Part shown: positions 54,282-64,000 of the stretch, piece after piece
Position numbering within the stretch: position 1 is the stretch's first letter
Layout of the letters: every line of letters begins with the position of its first letter
Program-made: the position numbers and the translations under genes
DNA from: Clostridia bacterium
GTDB lineage: Bacteria; Bacillota; Clostridia; UMGS1840
DNA length: 64,000 nt
NCBI GenBank assembly: GCA_045540295.1
Contig: JAZQGY010000029.1
Coordinates: 22,401 to 86,400, forward strand
Direction of reading: 5' to 3'
Notes under the pieces: model-generated
What the model saw: the letters and a program-made list of their open reading frames with translations, nothing else
Told to the model about the DNA's origin: nothing
Databases searched by the model: none

Positions 54282-55082
54282 ATGAAGAAATTCTTGATAG
54301 CTTTTTTGGTTGTGGTATTGCTGTCTTTTCAGGTGTATGCAGAAAGTAATATTGAGGGTTATATCTATTCCACGGATATTCTGACCTATGTCAACGGAAA
54401 ACCGATTGCAGGCTACAATATCGGCGGAAGAACGGTAGTAATCGCTGAGGATTTAATTGGCTACGGCTTTACCGTGCGGTATCACGATGAACTTCGTATG
54501 CTGGAAATCATTTCCGATTTTCATACAGGCGAGCTTGAACCGGAACCCGTTGAGCGAGGCAAGGTAGGGAAAATCCTTGGCAATGTGTATCAAACGGATA
54601 TCAAAACATACTATAACGGTATTGTGATACCGGGCTATAATATTGGCGGAAAAACCGCTGTTTGTTTGGAAGATTTAGGAGATACCACAGATAGCCCCAA
54701 TGCAAATTACGGTTATTCCAAATATCTTGGCAAAAGTGTTTGGAACGCGGAAGAAAGAACCATCAGTTATACTTCATTTTTAGAAAATGCACAAAGTATT
54801 GCAGGGATTCCGGGCGTATCACTCGGTTTTTCAAACAATGTGATTTCTGTTACGAAGGAGTCGGATTCTGCTTATTTGCAGGAAGAGTTTGTTGGTTGGT
54901 ACCAAGCCGGAACCGGAATGTCCCGGTACAACATCCATCCTTTATATTTGGACTATCACGAAGAACAACTGGAAGTAGGTTATGTGGTATGCCATCCTAC
55001 CCATACCGGCGGATTAGCTTTGATGTATATTGAAAATCCAAAAGAAGTGCAAGAAATGATAGGAACCTATTTGTTACCCTAA
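54282..55082 (+). CDS. secreted protein with two copper-amine-oxidase-N-like tandem repeats, function unknown
   Basis: Start MKKFLIAFLVV with signal peptide ...VYA|ES. Repeat pattern Y-x-TDI-x-TY-x-NG-x-x-I-x-GYNIGG-x-T-x-V-x-x-EDL occurs twice. Confidence 0.55.
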   Translation: MKKFLIAFLVVVLLSFQVYAESNIEGYIYSTDILTYVNGKPIAGYNIGGRTVVIAEDLIGYGFTVRYHDELRMLEIISDFHTGELEPEPVERGKVGKILGNVYQTDIKTYYNGIVIPGYNIGGKTAVCLEDLGDTTDSPNANYGYSKYLGKSVWNAEERTISYTSFLENAQSIAGIPGVSLGFSNNVISVTKESDSAYLQEEFVGWYQAGTGMSRYNIHPLYLDYHEEQLEVGYVVCHPTHTGGLALMYIENPKEVQEMIGTYLLP

Positions 55083-55145
55083 ATCACAATTTCTACAAAA
55101 TAGCGTATTATAATAAGGTATGATTGAAAAAACGGAGGAAGAAAA

Positions 55146-55703
55146 ATGTCAAAACAGTTTTATGTATGTGTATATGGCGGTGCGTCAGACAATATTTCAG
55201 ATGCTCATAAAAATGCCGTGGAAGAGTTATGCGGCAACTTAGCAAAGAAAGGGTATTCCCTGGTATACGGTGCAGGCGCTACCGGTTGTATGGGTGCTGC
55301 AGCAAGGGGATTTCGTAACAATGACGGTTATATTATGGGTGTAACCCCGCGTTTTATGGGGGACTTTGAACATATTTATGATTGTGATAATACCATCTTG
55401 GTAGATACTATGGCAGAACGGAAAACTTTAATGGAAAAGCATGCTGATGTGTATCTCATTGCCCCCGGCGGAATCGGCACCATGGATGAATTTTTCCAGA
55501 TTATCACGCTAAAATATTTAGAACAAATGGAAACTCCCATTGTTGTTTTAAATTTGGACGGTTTCTATGATAGCCTTTTGGCACTTTTGGACAGTTTGAT
55601 TGCCCAAAAAGCAGCAGGGGAAAAAATTCTTACTTTATTTGATGTGGTAACTGATATCCACGATGAAAAACTACAGACAATTTTAAAAGGTATCAAAGAA
55701 TAA
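55146..55703 (+). CDS. LOG-family (TIGR00730) nucleotide phosphoribohydrolase-like protein
   Basis: GGASDN, then the PGGIGTMDEF signature. Confidence 0.78.
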   Translation: MSKQFYVCVYGGASDNISDAHKNAVEELCGNLAKKGYSLVYGAGATGCMGAAARGFRNNDGYIMGVTPRFMGDFEHIYDCDNTILVDTMAERKTLMEKHADVYLIAPGGIGTMDEFFQIITLKYLEQMETPIVVLNLDGFYDSLLALLDSLIAQKAAGEKILTLFDVVTDIHDEKLQTILKGIKE

Positions 55704-55719
55704 AAGGATATCGCACAAT

Positions 55720-56244
55720 ATGTTACAATTTCGCAAAGCAAGAAAAACAGATATCAAAAGAATCTGGGAAATCTATTTAGAAAATCATATTGAGGAAGAA
55801 GAGGGAAGAGCTGTGATTGGCTGGAACCGTCACATCTATCCCGTTCAAGCAACTGCCGAAGAAGCACTGCTCCGAGACGATTTGTTTGTGGCAGAAGATG
55901 AAACAGGAGTTGTGGGAACCACCATTATCAATCAGGAGCAAGTGGATGTATATTGCGACGGTAACTGGCAATACGATGCCCACGATGACGAAATTATGGT
56001 GTTGCATACCTTGGTAATTTCTGCGAAAGCGTCGGGGAAAGGTTATGCCAAACAGTTTGTAGCATTTTACGAACAGTATGCAAAAGAACACGGTTGCCCT
56101 TATCTTCGTATGGATACCAACGAGCGAAACCAAAGAGCCAGAGCCTTATATGCCAAATTAGGCTACCGTGAAATCGGCATTGTGCCCTGTACCTTTCATG
56201 GAATGACCGGTATCAATATGGTTCTTTTAGAAAAGAAACTGTAA
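55720..56244 (+). CDS. GNAT-family N-acetyltransferase
   Basis: About 174 aa. Acetyl-CoA motif region [16 protein letters not shown] and C-terminal [10 protein letters not shown]. Confidence 0.72.
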   Translation: MLQFRKARKTDIKRIWEIYLENHIEEEEGRAVIGWNRHIYPVQATAEEALLRDDLFVAEDETGVVGTTIINQEQVDVYCDGNWQYDAHDDEIMVLHTLVISAKASGKGYAKQFVAFYEQYAKEHGCPYLRMDTNERNQRARALYAKLGYREIGIVPCTFHGMTGINMVLLEKKL

Positions 56245-56260
56245 AAACGAGGAACAAAAA

Positions 56261-56710
56261 ATGAAAATTGTAATTCAAAGAGTCTTAGAAGCTAAGGTTA
56301 CCATTGACGGAGCTATTTATGGACAAATTGGGAAAGGCTACCTGCTTCTGATTGGTATTTCCAATGAGGATACCAAAGAAATTGCAGATAAAATGCTGGA
56401 AAAGACCTCAAAACTTCGTATTTTTGAGGATGAAAACGGAAAAACCAACTTAAGTATCGCCGATGTGGGCGGTGAAGTGTTGGCGGTTTCTCAGTTTACC
56501 CTTTATGCAGACTGCAAAAAAGGGAACCGCCCCAGCTTCATTAACGCAGGAAAGCCGGATATGGCAGAAGAATTGTATCTATATATGTTGGAAAAATGCA
56601 AAGAGCTTTTCGGCAAAGTACAATGCGGACAATTTGGTGCCGATATGAAAGTGTCGTTAATGAACGACGGACCCTTCACCATCGTATTAGACAGTAACGA
56701 AATTTTATAG
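56261..56710 (+). CDS. dtd: D-aminoacyl-tRNA deacylase
   Basis: MKIVIQRV N-terminus, [14 protein letters not shown] motif. 149 aa. Confidence 0.92.
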   Translation: MKIVIQRVLEAKVTIDGAIYGQIGKGYLLLIGISNEDTKEIADKMLEKTSKLRIFEDENGKTNLSIADVGGEVLAVSQFTLYADCKKGNRPSFINAGKPDMAEELYLYMLEKCKELFGKVQCGQFGADMKVSLMNDGPFTIVLDSNEIL

Positions 56711-56724
56711 AAAGAGGAATCTGT

Positions 56725-57198
56725 ATGAACAAACCAATCATCATGAAAGGTGCAGTTATTGTGGGAGATGTCACATTAGCGGAAGATGTTTCCGTGTGGT
56801 ATAATGCAGTGCTTCGTGGTGATGTGGAACCCATAACCGTAAAAACGGGCTCCAATATTCAGGATAATGTTACCGTTCATACGGCAGATGGTTATCCCGT
56901 CATTATTGAAGAAAATGTCAGCGTAGGACACGGGGCGATTCTTCACGGTTGCCATATCGGCGAAAATACCGTTGTGGGGATGGGTGCCATTGTATTAAAC
57001 GGTGCGAATATCGGAAAGAATTGTCTGCTTGGTGCAGGTACACTAATCCCTCAAAATACAGAGATTCCCGATAACTCCTTGGTGATTGGGTTTCCCGGAA
57101 AAGTAAAACGAATCCTCACCGAGGAAGAAATCGCAAACAATAAAGAAAATGCAGAACATTATGTAGCACTATCGAAACAATATGCGGAGGAAAAATAA
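56725..57198 (+). CDS. gamma-carbonic-anhydrase-like hexapeptide-repeat protein (YrdA/PaaY family)
   Basis: Left-handed beta-helix hexapeptide repeats with conserved His residues (VHT..., GHGAILHGC). Confidence 0.78.
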   Translation: MNKPIIMKGAVIVGDVTLAEDVSVWYNAVLRGDVEPITVKTGSNIQDNVTVHTADGYPVIIEENVSVGHGAILHGCHIGENTVVGMGAIVLNGANIGKNCLLGAGTLIPQNTEIPDNSLVIGFPGKVKRILTEEEIANNKENAEHYVALSKQYAEEK

Positions 57199-57894
57199 TT
57201 GAAAAAATTCTTATTATTCGATGTAGACAGAACCTTACTGGATTTTGACCGTTCTGAGGCAGAGGCAATCAAAAACACCTTAGAACATTTTTCTTTGCCG
57301 GCAAATGATGAAATCTGCAACCGTTATCCCGCTATTAATGAAATGCTGTGGGAAGAATTTGAAAAAGGAACTATTGAAAAGGCAACTATTTTATACCGCC
57401 GTTTTGATTTGTTGTTTTCGGAATTTGGCATCACCTTTGATTCCAAAGAATTTGATGTTTATTACCGTGCTGATTTATCTAAACACGCTTTTTTGATACC
57501 CGGAGCCAAAGAACTGCTTCTTTCCTTACGAAAGAAGGGGCATAAAATTTACTATGTTACCAACGGTACCCGTGGGGTACAGTATCCCAGACTGAAATCC
57601 TCCGGTTTGGATCAGTTGGCAGACGGCATCTTTTTATCTGAGGAAATCGGACATCAGAAACCGGAAAAGGCTTTTTTTGATTTGGTATTTCCCAAAATTC
57701 CCGATTTTACCTTAGCGGAAGCCATCATTATTGGGGATTCTCTTTCCTCTGATATGAAGGGCGGGATTAATGTGGGTTTGGACACCATGTGGTATAACCC
57801 TAAAAAATTGCCTAACCGCCTGAATATTCCCGTTACATACGAAGTATCTGATTTTTCACAAATAGAAGCTATTTTAGAAATGTTAGGAGAATAA
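57199..57894 (+). CDS. HAD-IA hydrolase (YjjG-type nucleotidase-like)
   Basis: The TTG start abuts the previous stop. FDVDRTLLDF (DxDxT), VTNG, GDSLSSDMKGG motifs. Confidence 0.72.
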   Translation: MKKFLLFDVDRTLLDFDRSEAEAIKNTLEHFSLPANDEICNRYPAINEMLWEEFEKGTIEKATILYRRFDLLFSEFGITFDSKEFDVYYRADLSKHAFLIPGAKELLLSLRKKGHKIYYVTNGTRGVQYPRLKSSGLDQLADGIFLSEEIGHQKPEKAFFDLVFPKIPDFTLAEAIIIGDSLSSDMKGGINVGLDTMWYNPKKLPNRLNIPVTYEVSDFSQIEAILEMLGE

Positions 57895-57897
57895 TAT

Positions 57898-58890
57898 ATG
57901 AAAAAAACAATCCAAAAAATAACCGCAATCTTTTTTGTTATCTGTCTGCTGGGGTTAACTTGTATACCCGTGTTGGCAGGAGATATCCCTGAAGCCTTGA
58001 GCTATGAGGACGATGCCAAAGTGTTTATCGGAACACTTTTGGAATTTTCAGATTCCAAAGAAGCAAACCGTTCTGATGTGAAAGAAATTACCGCACTTCC
58101 CATTTTAAAAATCAAAGGGGAGGTGGAAGTCGGAGTGGAACAAACTTACGCTGAATGTTATTTTCCCAAAGCAACACCCAAACAGGGAGCAGAATACTTT
58201 TTCGGCTGTCTTCCGGGAAATGCCGTTTATGCCTACGAAGTAGAAAGCCGTACCGATGATAAAATCACCTTACATATTACCGATGAATTTTCCGAACGGA
58301 TTCAAGACTATCTGGACGAAGGTTTATACGAAAGAGAAGAAATCGCCCGGGTGAATGTGGGCAGAAAAATTACCTTAAGCGAATACATGGGAACCAGCCG
58401 GGAACTTGCCAAAAAAGTTACTTTTTCTCTAAATGGCGTAACATATGACATTGATATCGACAAGTTTTATGAGTTTTCCGATAACGTAATGATTACGGAC
58501 GTAAAAAATACCATTCTAAAAAGAATGGGTGCTGATGATTGGGCAGAGGATATTTTATATATTACCGTAGACCACCGTCAGGATACACTCATTGACGGTT
58601 TTCCAGAAACAACTTTTGCCTGTGTCTCCCGATTTTGTGAAGTAGACCGCTATAGCCAAATGATGAGCAGACTTCCCAATTGCGATTTCACCATGACTTG
58701 GGAGGATTTAGCCAAATTATACACCTTCCTGCCGGAAGATGTGCAACGGGAACTCTATGCCAAAAACGGTGCAGCAGTTGCAGAGTCTAATGCTACTCCA
58801 ATCGTGATTGGCGTTTTGGTTGGTGCTGTAGTCGGTGGAGGAATTGGCGGTGCTGTGGGAGTAATCATAGCACGCAAAAAGAGAAAATAA
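57898..58890 (+). CDS. secreted protein with C-terminal TM anchor, function unknown
   Basis: Signal peptide, then a C-terminal Gly-rich TM segment PIVIGVLVGAVVGGGIGGAVGVIIA followed by RKKRK. Confidence 0.5.
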   Translation: MKKTIQKITAIFFVICLLGLTCIPVLAGDIPEALSYEDDAKVFIGTLLEFSDSKEANRSDVKEITALPILKIKGEVEVGVEQTYAECYFPKATPKQGAEYFFGCLPGNAVYAYEVESRTDDKITLHITDEFSERIQDYLDEGLYEREEIARVNVGRKITLSEYMGTSRELAKKVTFSLNGVTYDIDIDKFYEFSDNVMITDVKNTILKRMGADDWAEDILYITVDHRQDTLIDGFPETTFACVSRFCEVDRYSQMMSRLPNCDFTMTWEDLAKLYTFLPEDVQRELYAKNGAAVAESNATPIVIGVLVGAVVGGGIGGAVGVIIARKKRK

Positions 58891-58900
58891 CCAAGAAAGA

Positions 58901-58942
58901 AAGTCCCGAAAGAAAATGTCTTTCGGGACTTGACTTTTTTTA
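58901..58942 (+). terminator. intrinsic terminator
   Basis: AAGTCCCGAAAG-aaaatgt-CTTTCGGGACTT followed by a T-run that overlaps the next promoter. Confidence 0.75.
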
Positions 58943-58958
58943 AAATAACTGTTATAAT
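58930..58958 (+). promoter_or_regulatory. sigma-A promoter of the pheST T-box leader
   Basis: TTGACT (58930-58935), 17-nt spacer, TATAAT (58953-58958). Confidence 0.75.
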
Positions 58959-58964
58959 GTTACA

Positions 58965-59229
58965 GTATGCGAGGAAAATGTGTCAGTAGTCTGTATTTGA
59001 TTCCCAAAAGAGAAGGAAGTCATCGGCTGGAAGCTTCCGGGATAGGATAATGGATGAATTTCAGCATTGGAGTATTCTGCGAAAGTTCTGTTTTAGAATA
59101 TAAGCAGGGTGTTATGTCTCACGCCAAAAGATATTAAAAGTGCAAGGTTTTCTTTTGTAAAAAACTTTGAATTTGGGTGGTACCGCGGGTTAGCAGCTCG
59201 TCCCTTAACGGTGACGGAGCTGTTTTTTT
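58965..59229 (+). promoter_or_regulatory. T-box riboswitch leader, Phe specifier (UUC-A)
   Basis: Stem I with AGTA/GAA S-turn. GAATTTCA specifier region (TTC at 59060-59062). T-box ATTTGGGTGGTACCGCGGG (59171-59189). Terminator CAGCTCGTC...GACGGAGCTG+TTTTTTT. Lies upstream of pheS. Confidence 0.88.
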
Positions 59230-59295
59230 ATTGCGATCCGTCCATAGCAACTTTGTTTTAAATTTATCAAAAGATATAGAAAGGATGAAAATACT

Positions 59296-60348
59296 ATGGC
59301 TGATAAAACCGTAGCATTAAAAGAAAACTTTGCTCTGGCACTATCCAATGTGACCAACATGGAAGAGCTGGAAAAAGTAAGAGTGGAATACTTGGGTAAA
59401 AAAGGATTCATCACCGAGCTTATGCAGGAAATGAAATCCTTATCTCCCGAAGAAAAGAAAACCTTCGGCCAGACTGTGAATGTGTTAAAAAATGAAGTAA
59501 ACGATGCCATCACACAAAAGAGAGAAGAATTAAAACAAAAGGAAATCGAGCTGGAAAACAGCCGTATGCCGTTATTTGACTTATCTATGCCTCCTGTTTT
59601 GGACAGAGGCTCCTATCATCCCATTACCTTAGTTCAGCGCCAGTGTGAAGAAGTATTCCGTTCTATGGGCTTTGCCATTGAAGATTACAGCGAAATTGTA
59701 ACCGACTATGAATGCTTCGAAGCATTAAACATTCCGAAAAATCATCCCGCAAGAGATATGCAGGATACTTATTATTTGGATAACGGGCAGCTGTTAAAAT
59801 CCCATACCTCTGCGGCACAGAATGCAATTTATAAAAAATATAAAGATGCCTTAATCAACGAAGGAAAACCTATCAAAGCAATTTTCCCCGGCAGATGTTT
59901 TAGAAATGAAGCAACTGATGCTTGCCACGAAAACACCTTCTTCCAGATGGAAGGGGTTATGGTGGATAAAAACATTTCCATTTCCAATTTGATTTTCTTT
60001 ATGAAAACCATGTTATCCGAAGTGTTCCAAAAAGACATCAAAGTGCGTCTTCGTCCCGGCTTTTTCCCCTTTGTGGAACCCGGCTTTGAACTGGATATCA
60101 GCTGCTTAATCTGCGGTGGTGAAGGCTGTCCCTCCTGTAAGCATAGCGGGTGGTTGGAATTATGTCCTTGCGGTATGATTCATCCCGAAGTGTTGAAAGC
60201 AGGCGGTATTGACCCCGAAGAATACACCGGTTTTGCATTTGGCTTAGGTTTGACCCGTCTTGCTATGATGAAATACGGCGTCAAAGATATCCGTGATTTA
60301 AACAGCGGCAGCTTAAAAGCACTGTCTCAGTTTACCGACGATAAATAA
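59296..60348 (+). CDS. pheS: phenylalanine--tRNA ligase alpha subunit
   Basis: 350 aa. Class II motifs (HPARDMQDTYY, FRNE, GFAFGLGLTRLAMM). Confidence 0.95.
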   Translation: MADKTVALKENFALALSNVTNMEELEKVRVEYLGKKGFITELMQEMKSLSPEEKKTFGQTVNVLKNEVNDAITQKREELKQKEIELENSRMPLFDLSMPPVLDRGSYHPITLVQRQCEEVFRSMGFAIEDYSEIVTDYECFEALNIPKNHPARDMQDTYYLDNGQLLKSHTSAAQNAIYKKYKDALINEGKPIKAIFPGRCFRNEATDACHENTFFQMEGVMVDKNISISNLIFFMKTMLSEVFQKDIKVRLRPGFFPFVEPGFELDISCLICGGEGCPSCKHSGWLELCPCGMIHPEVLKAGGIDPEEYTGFAFGLGLTRLAMMKYGVKDIRDLNSGSLKALSQFTDDK

Positions 60349-60366
60349 GAAAGGGGAGCGAAGAGA

Positions 60367-62739
60367 ATGATTTTATCAATGAACTGGATTTCGGACTTTG
60401 TTGACTTGTCCGGACTGGATAAATTAGACTTAATTGCAAAATTTTCGTTATCCACTGCAGAAGTGGAAAATGACATCTATCAGAAAGGCTCCGACCTTTC
60501 CGGCATCGTGGTAGCGGAAATTAAATCCGTAGAAGAACATCCTGAATCTAAAAAACTGCATTTGTTAAAAGTGGATATCGGAGAAGAGGACTTAGTGGAT
60601 GTGGTTTGCGGTGCTCCCAATGTGCGGGTTGGCATGAAAACTGCATTTGCAAAATTGGGTGCCCAGATTGGCGATATCACCATCGCCCCCAGAAAACTGG
60701 CAGGCTACACTTCCAACGGGATGTGCTGCTCCGAAAAAGAATTGGGCTTAAGTGACGAAAATGCCGGTATTATGGATATTACCGAAGACGTTGCATTAGG
60801 CACCGATTTGAAAGAACTCTATCAGATTGACGATATTATCTTTGAAGTAGACAACAAATCCTTAACCAACCGTCCTGACCTTTGGGGTCATTACGGTATT
60901 GCCCGTGAGTTTGCGGCAATTGCAGGCAGAGAATTAAAACCCCTGCCGGTTGTGGATTTAGAAGCCTACAACAACCTGCCCAAAGTGGACTTAAAAATTG
61001 AAGACCCTTTGTGTCAGAGATATTCCTGTCTGCAGTTTGGCAACATTTCTAAACACGTAAGCCCCATGAATATGAGAATCCGTTTATTCTATTGCGGAAT
61101 GAGAGGCTTAAATTTCTTAGCAGACTTAACCAACTATCTGATGCTGGAAATGGGTCAGCCGATGCACGCGTTTGACTCCCGCAAAGTGGAAAAAATCCGT
61201 GTAAAACGTTTTGATAAACCCTTTAAATTCCAGACCTTGGACGGTGTAGAACGGGATATTGACGAAGAAACCTTAATGATTTGCAACGATAACACTCCTG
61301 TTGCCATTGCAGGCATTATGGGTGGGCTGGATTCCGAAATTGTAGAATCTACCTCCACTTTAACCTTAGAATCTGCAACCTTTGATGCAACCTCTATCCG
61401 CAAATCCACCGTTCGTCTGGCACACCGTACCGACGCTTCTATGCGTTACGAAAAGTGCTTAGACCCCGAAATGACCACTGTTGCTATCGCCCGTTTTGTA
61501 AAACTGTTAACCGAAATTGACCCCGAAGCTACCGTGGTTTCTTCCTTAACCGATGAATACCCCTACCATTATGAAACTGTAAGCTTAAGCTTTGACAAAG
61601 CTTTTGTGGATAAATACACCGGTATCAATATCGATCATGCAACCATCGAAAAGACCTTGAAAGCTTTGGGATTTGGCGTGGATGTTGTCGGAGATACTTT
61701 CTCTGTAACTGTTCCTTCCTGGCGTGCAACCAAGGATGTTACCATGAAGGCAGACATCATCGAAGAAATCACCCGTATCTACGGCTATGATAATTTCGAT
61801 ATCAACACGGCTTCCGTGCCGTTGTATCCGGTAAGAGCTGCACAGGAAAAGAGCGACGAAGACCGCATCAAAGATATTTTGGTAAAACGCTATTCCATGC
61901 ATGAGCTTCATTCCTATGTGTGGGCATATTACGATGAATATAAAGCGTTGGGACTGGAAGTGGAAGACAACATCAATTTAGTTAGCTCCGTAAATCCCAA
62001 TATTAAAACTATTCGTAAATCTATCATTCCCACTCAGCTGTGTCAGGTGAAATATAACACCGCCTATGCTCCCGATTTTAAAGTATTTGAAATTGGCAGA
62101 GTGGTGGAAGGCTTAAAAGAAGACGGTTTATGTAACGAGCGTAAAAAACTTTGTATCACCCTGTATTCCAAAACCCGTGATATGGAAACCCTCTATTTTG
62201 AACTGCGTGATATTTTAGCCGTGGTTACCGATGACTTAAAACACGAAAGTTTAACCTTCAAAATCAAGGAAGCTACCCATTCCTATCAGCATCCCAAAAA
62301 CTTAAATGCTATCTTCTGTGACGGCAAAGAACTGGGTGAAATCGGTATTGTCAATCCCGTTGTTTCCAAAAAGATTGATAAAAAGGCAAATATCGTGTAT
62401 GCAGAAATTGATGTGACTGATTTTTCTGATATTACGAATAAAAGCATTTTTTATCAGGAAACTTCCCGATTCCCGGAAATTGAAATTGACCTGTCTTTTG
62501 TTTCCGAAACTTATCAGCCCATTGCGGATGCCATTGCCAATGCAAACTGTCCGCTGATTAAGAATGTGAAGGTAGTTGGTACCTATACCGACGATGCAGG
62601 AAAATCTATCACTCTGCGCGTTACCTTCTCACATCCGGAACGCACCTTAACGAAAGAAGAAGTGCTTCAGGTGGTAAACGGTATCGTTGCAGAATTGGAT
62701 GCCAAAGATATCAAACTGAAAAACGGTTTGCCAATGTAA
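60367..62739 (+). CDS. pheT: phenylalanine--tRNA ligase beta subunit
   Basis: 790 aa. MILSMNWISDFV N-terminus with tRNA-binding, B3/4, B5 and FDX-ACB domain order. Confidence 0.95.
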   Translation: MILSMNWISDFVDLSGLDKLDLIAKFSLSTAEVENDIYQKGSDLSGIVVAEIKSVEEHPESKKLHLLKVDIGEEDLVDVVCGAPNVRVGMKTAFAKLGAQIGDITIAPRKLAGYTSNGMCCSEKELGLSDENAGIMDITEDVALGTDLKELYQIDDIIFEVDNKSLTNRPDLWGHYGIAREFAAIAGRELKPLPVVDLEAYNNLPKVDLKIEDPLCQRYSCLQFGNISKHVSPMNMRIRLFYCGMRGLNFLADLTNYLMLEMGQPMHAFDSRKVEKIRVKRFDKPFKFQTLDGVERDIDEETLMICNDNTPVAIAGIMGGLDSEIVESTSTLTLESATFDATSIRKSTVRLAHRTDASMRYEKCLDPEMTTVAIARFVKLLTEIDPEATVVSSLTDEYPYHYETVSLSFDKAFVDKYTGINIDHATIEKTLKALGFGVDVVGDTFSVTVPSWRATKDVTMKADIIEEITRIYGYDNFDINTASVPLYPVRAAQEKSDEDRIKDILVKRYSMHELHSYVWAYYDEYKALGLEVEDNINLVSSVNPNIKTIRKSIIPTQLCQVKYNTAYAPDFKVFEIGRVVEGLKEDGLCNERKKLCITLYSKTRDMETLYFELRDILAVVTDDLKHESLTFKIKEATHSYQHPKNLNAIFCDGKELGEIGIVNPVVSKKIDKKANIVYAEIDVTDFSDITNKSIFYQETSRFPEIEIDLSFVSETYQPIADAIANANCPLIKNVKVVGTYTDDAGKSITLRVTFSHPERTLTKEEVLQVVNGIVAELDAKDIKLKNGLPM

Positions 62740-62752
62740 CTTTTCACACAAT

Positions 62753-62798
62753 AAAAAAGCTGAAACCAGATTCAAATAATTTGGTTTCAGCTTTTTTT
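62753..62798. terminator. bidirectional intrinsic terminator
   Basis: AAAAAGCTGAAACCA...TGGTTTCAGCTTTTTTT between convergent pheT and pyk. Confidence 0.85.
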
Positions 62799-62871
62799 GT
62801 GCGACATAGTTTAATGATGCCCAGAACCTAGGAATACGCTTTTGTTAAATTGAATGTCCGATATTAAAAAT

Positions 62872-64000
62872 TTATTTTACAGTAATGACACGAAGCGTGT
62901 TTGCACTTTCGCCCAAGGGGATTCCTGCTGCAATTACCGCAACATCATTTTTTGTGATATAGTTTGCCTCGTGTACACATTTAATTGCGTGGGTAAAGAG
63001 GGCGTCAGAATTACCTTGTACTTCCGATTTCACAGGATACACGCCCCAGGAAAGAGCCAGTTTTCTGTAAGTCTTTTCGTTGGGGGTGGTTGCCACAATC
63101 GGCATGTTGGGACGAAATTTAGACACCATTCTTGCAGTCTGTCCGGATTTGGTTACCACGATAATTACTCTTGCATTTAAGTCATGAGCGGTGGTGCAGG
63201 CTGCATGAGAAATTGCATCCTGAATGGTGGGAGCAGACAACGTACTCATAGCAAACCGTTTCTTGTAGTCAATATCCATTTCTGCACTTCTTGCAATACG
63301 TGACATTGCTTTTACCGCTTCCACCGGATATTTTCCCACTGCAGTTTCTCCGGATAGCATAATGGCGCTGGTACCGTCGTACACAGCATTTGCAACGTCG
63401 GAGGTTTCTGCACGGGTAGGACGGGGGTTGGAAATCATGGATTCCAACATCTGAGTTGCGGTAATAACACGTTTTCCTGCACTATAGCATTTTTTAATGA
63501 GCATTTTCTGGATGGTGGGAAGTTCTTCAAAGTCAATTTCCACACCCATATCCCCACGTGCAACCATAATGCCGCTGGATACGGTCAAGATATCGTCAAT
63601 ATTGTTCACACCTTCGCGGTTTTCGATTTTTGCAATGATTTCAATTTCTTCACCGCCGTTGGCATCCAAGAATTTTCTCATGGAAGCAATATCGTCTGCA
63701 CGGCGTGCAAAGGATGCGGCAATATAGTCAAAATCATTTTTGATACCAAAGAGCAAATCTTCCTTGTCCACATCATCCATATAAGGCATATATAATTCAA
63801 TGCCGGGAAGATTCATACTCTTTCTGTCGCTTAAGGGACCGCCGGTCAATACACGGCAGATGATGTCAGTATCTTTAATTTTTTCCACAACCATTTCGAT
63901 GTTGCCGTCGTCTAACAGAATTTTGTTACCAACTGTTAAATCAAAGGGGAGCTTCTTGTAAGTGATGGAAACGATGGATTCATTTCCCACAACCTCTTTG
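62872..64000 (-). CDS. pyk: pyruvate kinase (N-terminus beyond window end)
   Basis: The frame stays open to base 64000. Motifs MVARGDMGVEI, TQMLESM, LSGETA. The N-terminal 70 or so aa of a normal Pyk are missing. Confidence 0.9.
   Translation of the reverse strand, partial: KEVVGNESIVSITYKKLPFDLTVGNKILLDDGNIEMVVEKIKDTDIICRVLTGGPLSDRKSMNLPGIELYMPYMDDVDKEDLLFGIKNDFDYIAASFARRADDIASMRKFLDANGGEEIEIIAKIENREGVNNIDDILTVSSGIMVARGDMGVEIDFEELPTIQKMLIKKCYSAGKRVITATQMLESMISNPRPTRAETSDVANAVYDGTSAIMLSGETAVGKYPVEAVKAMSRIARSAEMDIDYKKRFAMSTLSAPTIQDAISHAACTTAHDLNARVIIVVTKSGQTARMVSKFRPNMPIVATTPNEKTYRKLALSWGVYPVKSEVQGNSDALFTHAIKCVHEANYITKNDVAVIAAGIPLGESANTLRVITVK

Overview
This 64-kb window looks like a chromosomal segment of a low-GC anaerobic Firmicute of the Clostridia type. 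Supporting signs are many TTGACA-17nt-TATAAT sigma-A promoters, three T-box leaders, GlgD, a SpoVB/MurJ-like flippase, PerR with a reverse rubrerythrin, and Fhs. I call about 50 protein genes, 3 tRNAs (Val-TAC, Met-CAT, Thr-GGT), 2 TPP riboswitches, 3 T-box leaders and many intrinsic terminators.

Gene content is mainly housekeeping and carbohydrate metabolism:
- t6A modification: tcdA, tsaB, tsaE
- one-carbon, cysteine and glycolysis: fhs, cysK, class II fba, pyk (partial)
- aminoacyl-tRNA: proS, pheST, dtd
- glycogen: divergent glgBCDA and GH13-glgP
- thiamine salvage: thiT and thiMED
- iron uptake: feoAB
- glycan use: GH36 alpha-galactosidase, GH89 alpha-N-acetylglucosaminidase, and a 1440-aa secreted array of CBM-like modules

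I found no transposase, integrase, CRISPR array or recognisable defence genes.

Observations most worth follow-up:
1. Two T-box leaders sit in front of acid-CoA ligase genes rather than aaRS, biosynthesis or transport genes. One precedes an XRE-HTH/cupin/acyl-CoA-synthetase fusion and has an apparent AUC (Ile) specifier. The other precedes a PaaK-like ligase plus ACT-domain operon and has an apparent UUC (Phe) specifier.
2. An unclassified ~200-nt structured RNA has its own promoter, terminator and a possible antiterminator, and lies upstream of a SLOG/DUF1273 gene.
3. Three GTTAGT-N-ACTAAC palindromes lie in the feo locus.
4. A J-domain protein ends in a cysteine string and sits next to a DUF5685 gene.

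All family assignments rest on motif recognition by eye. No database search or folding program was run.
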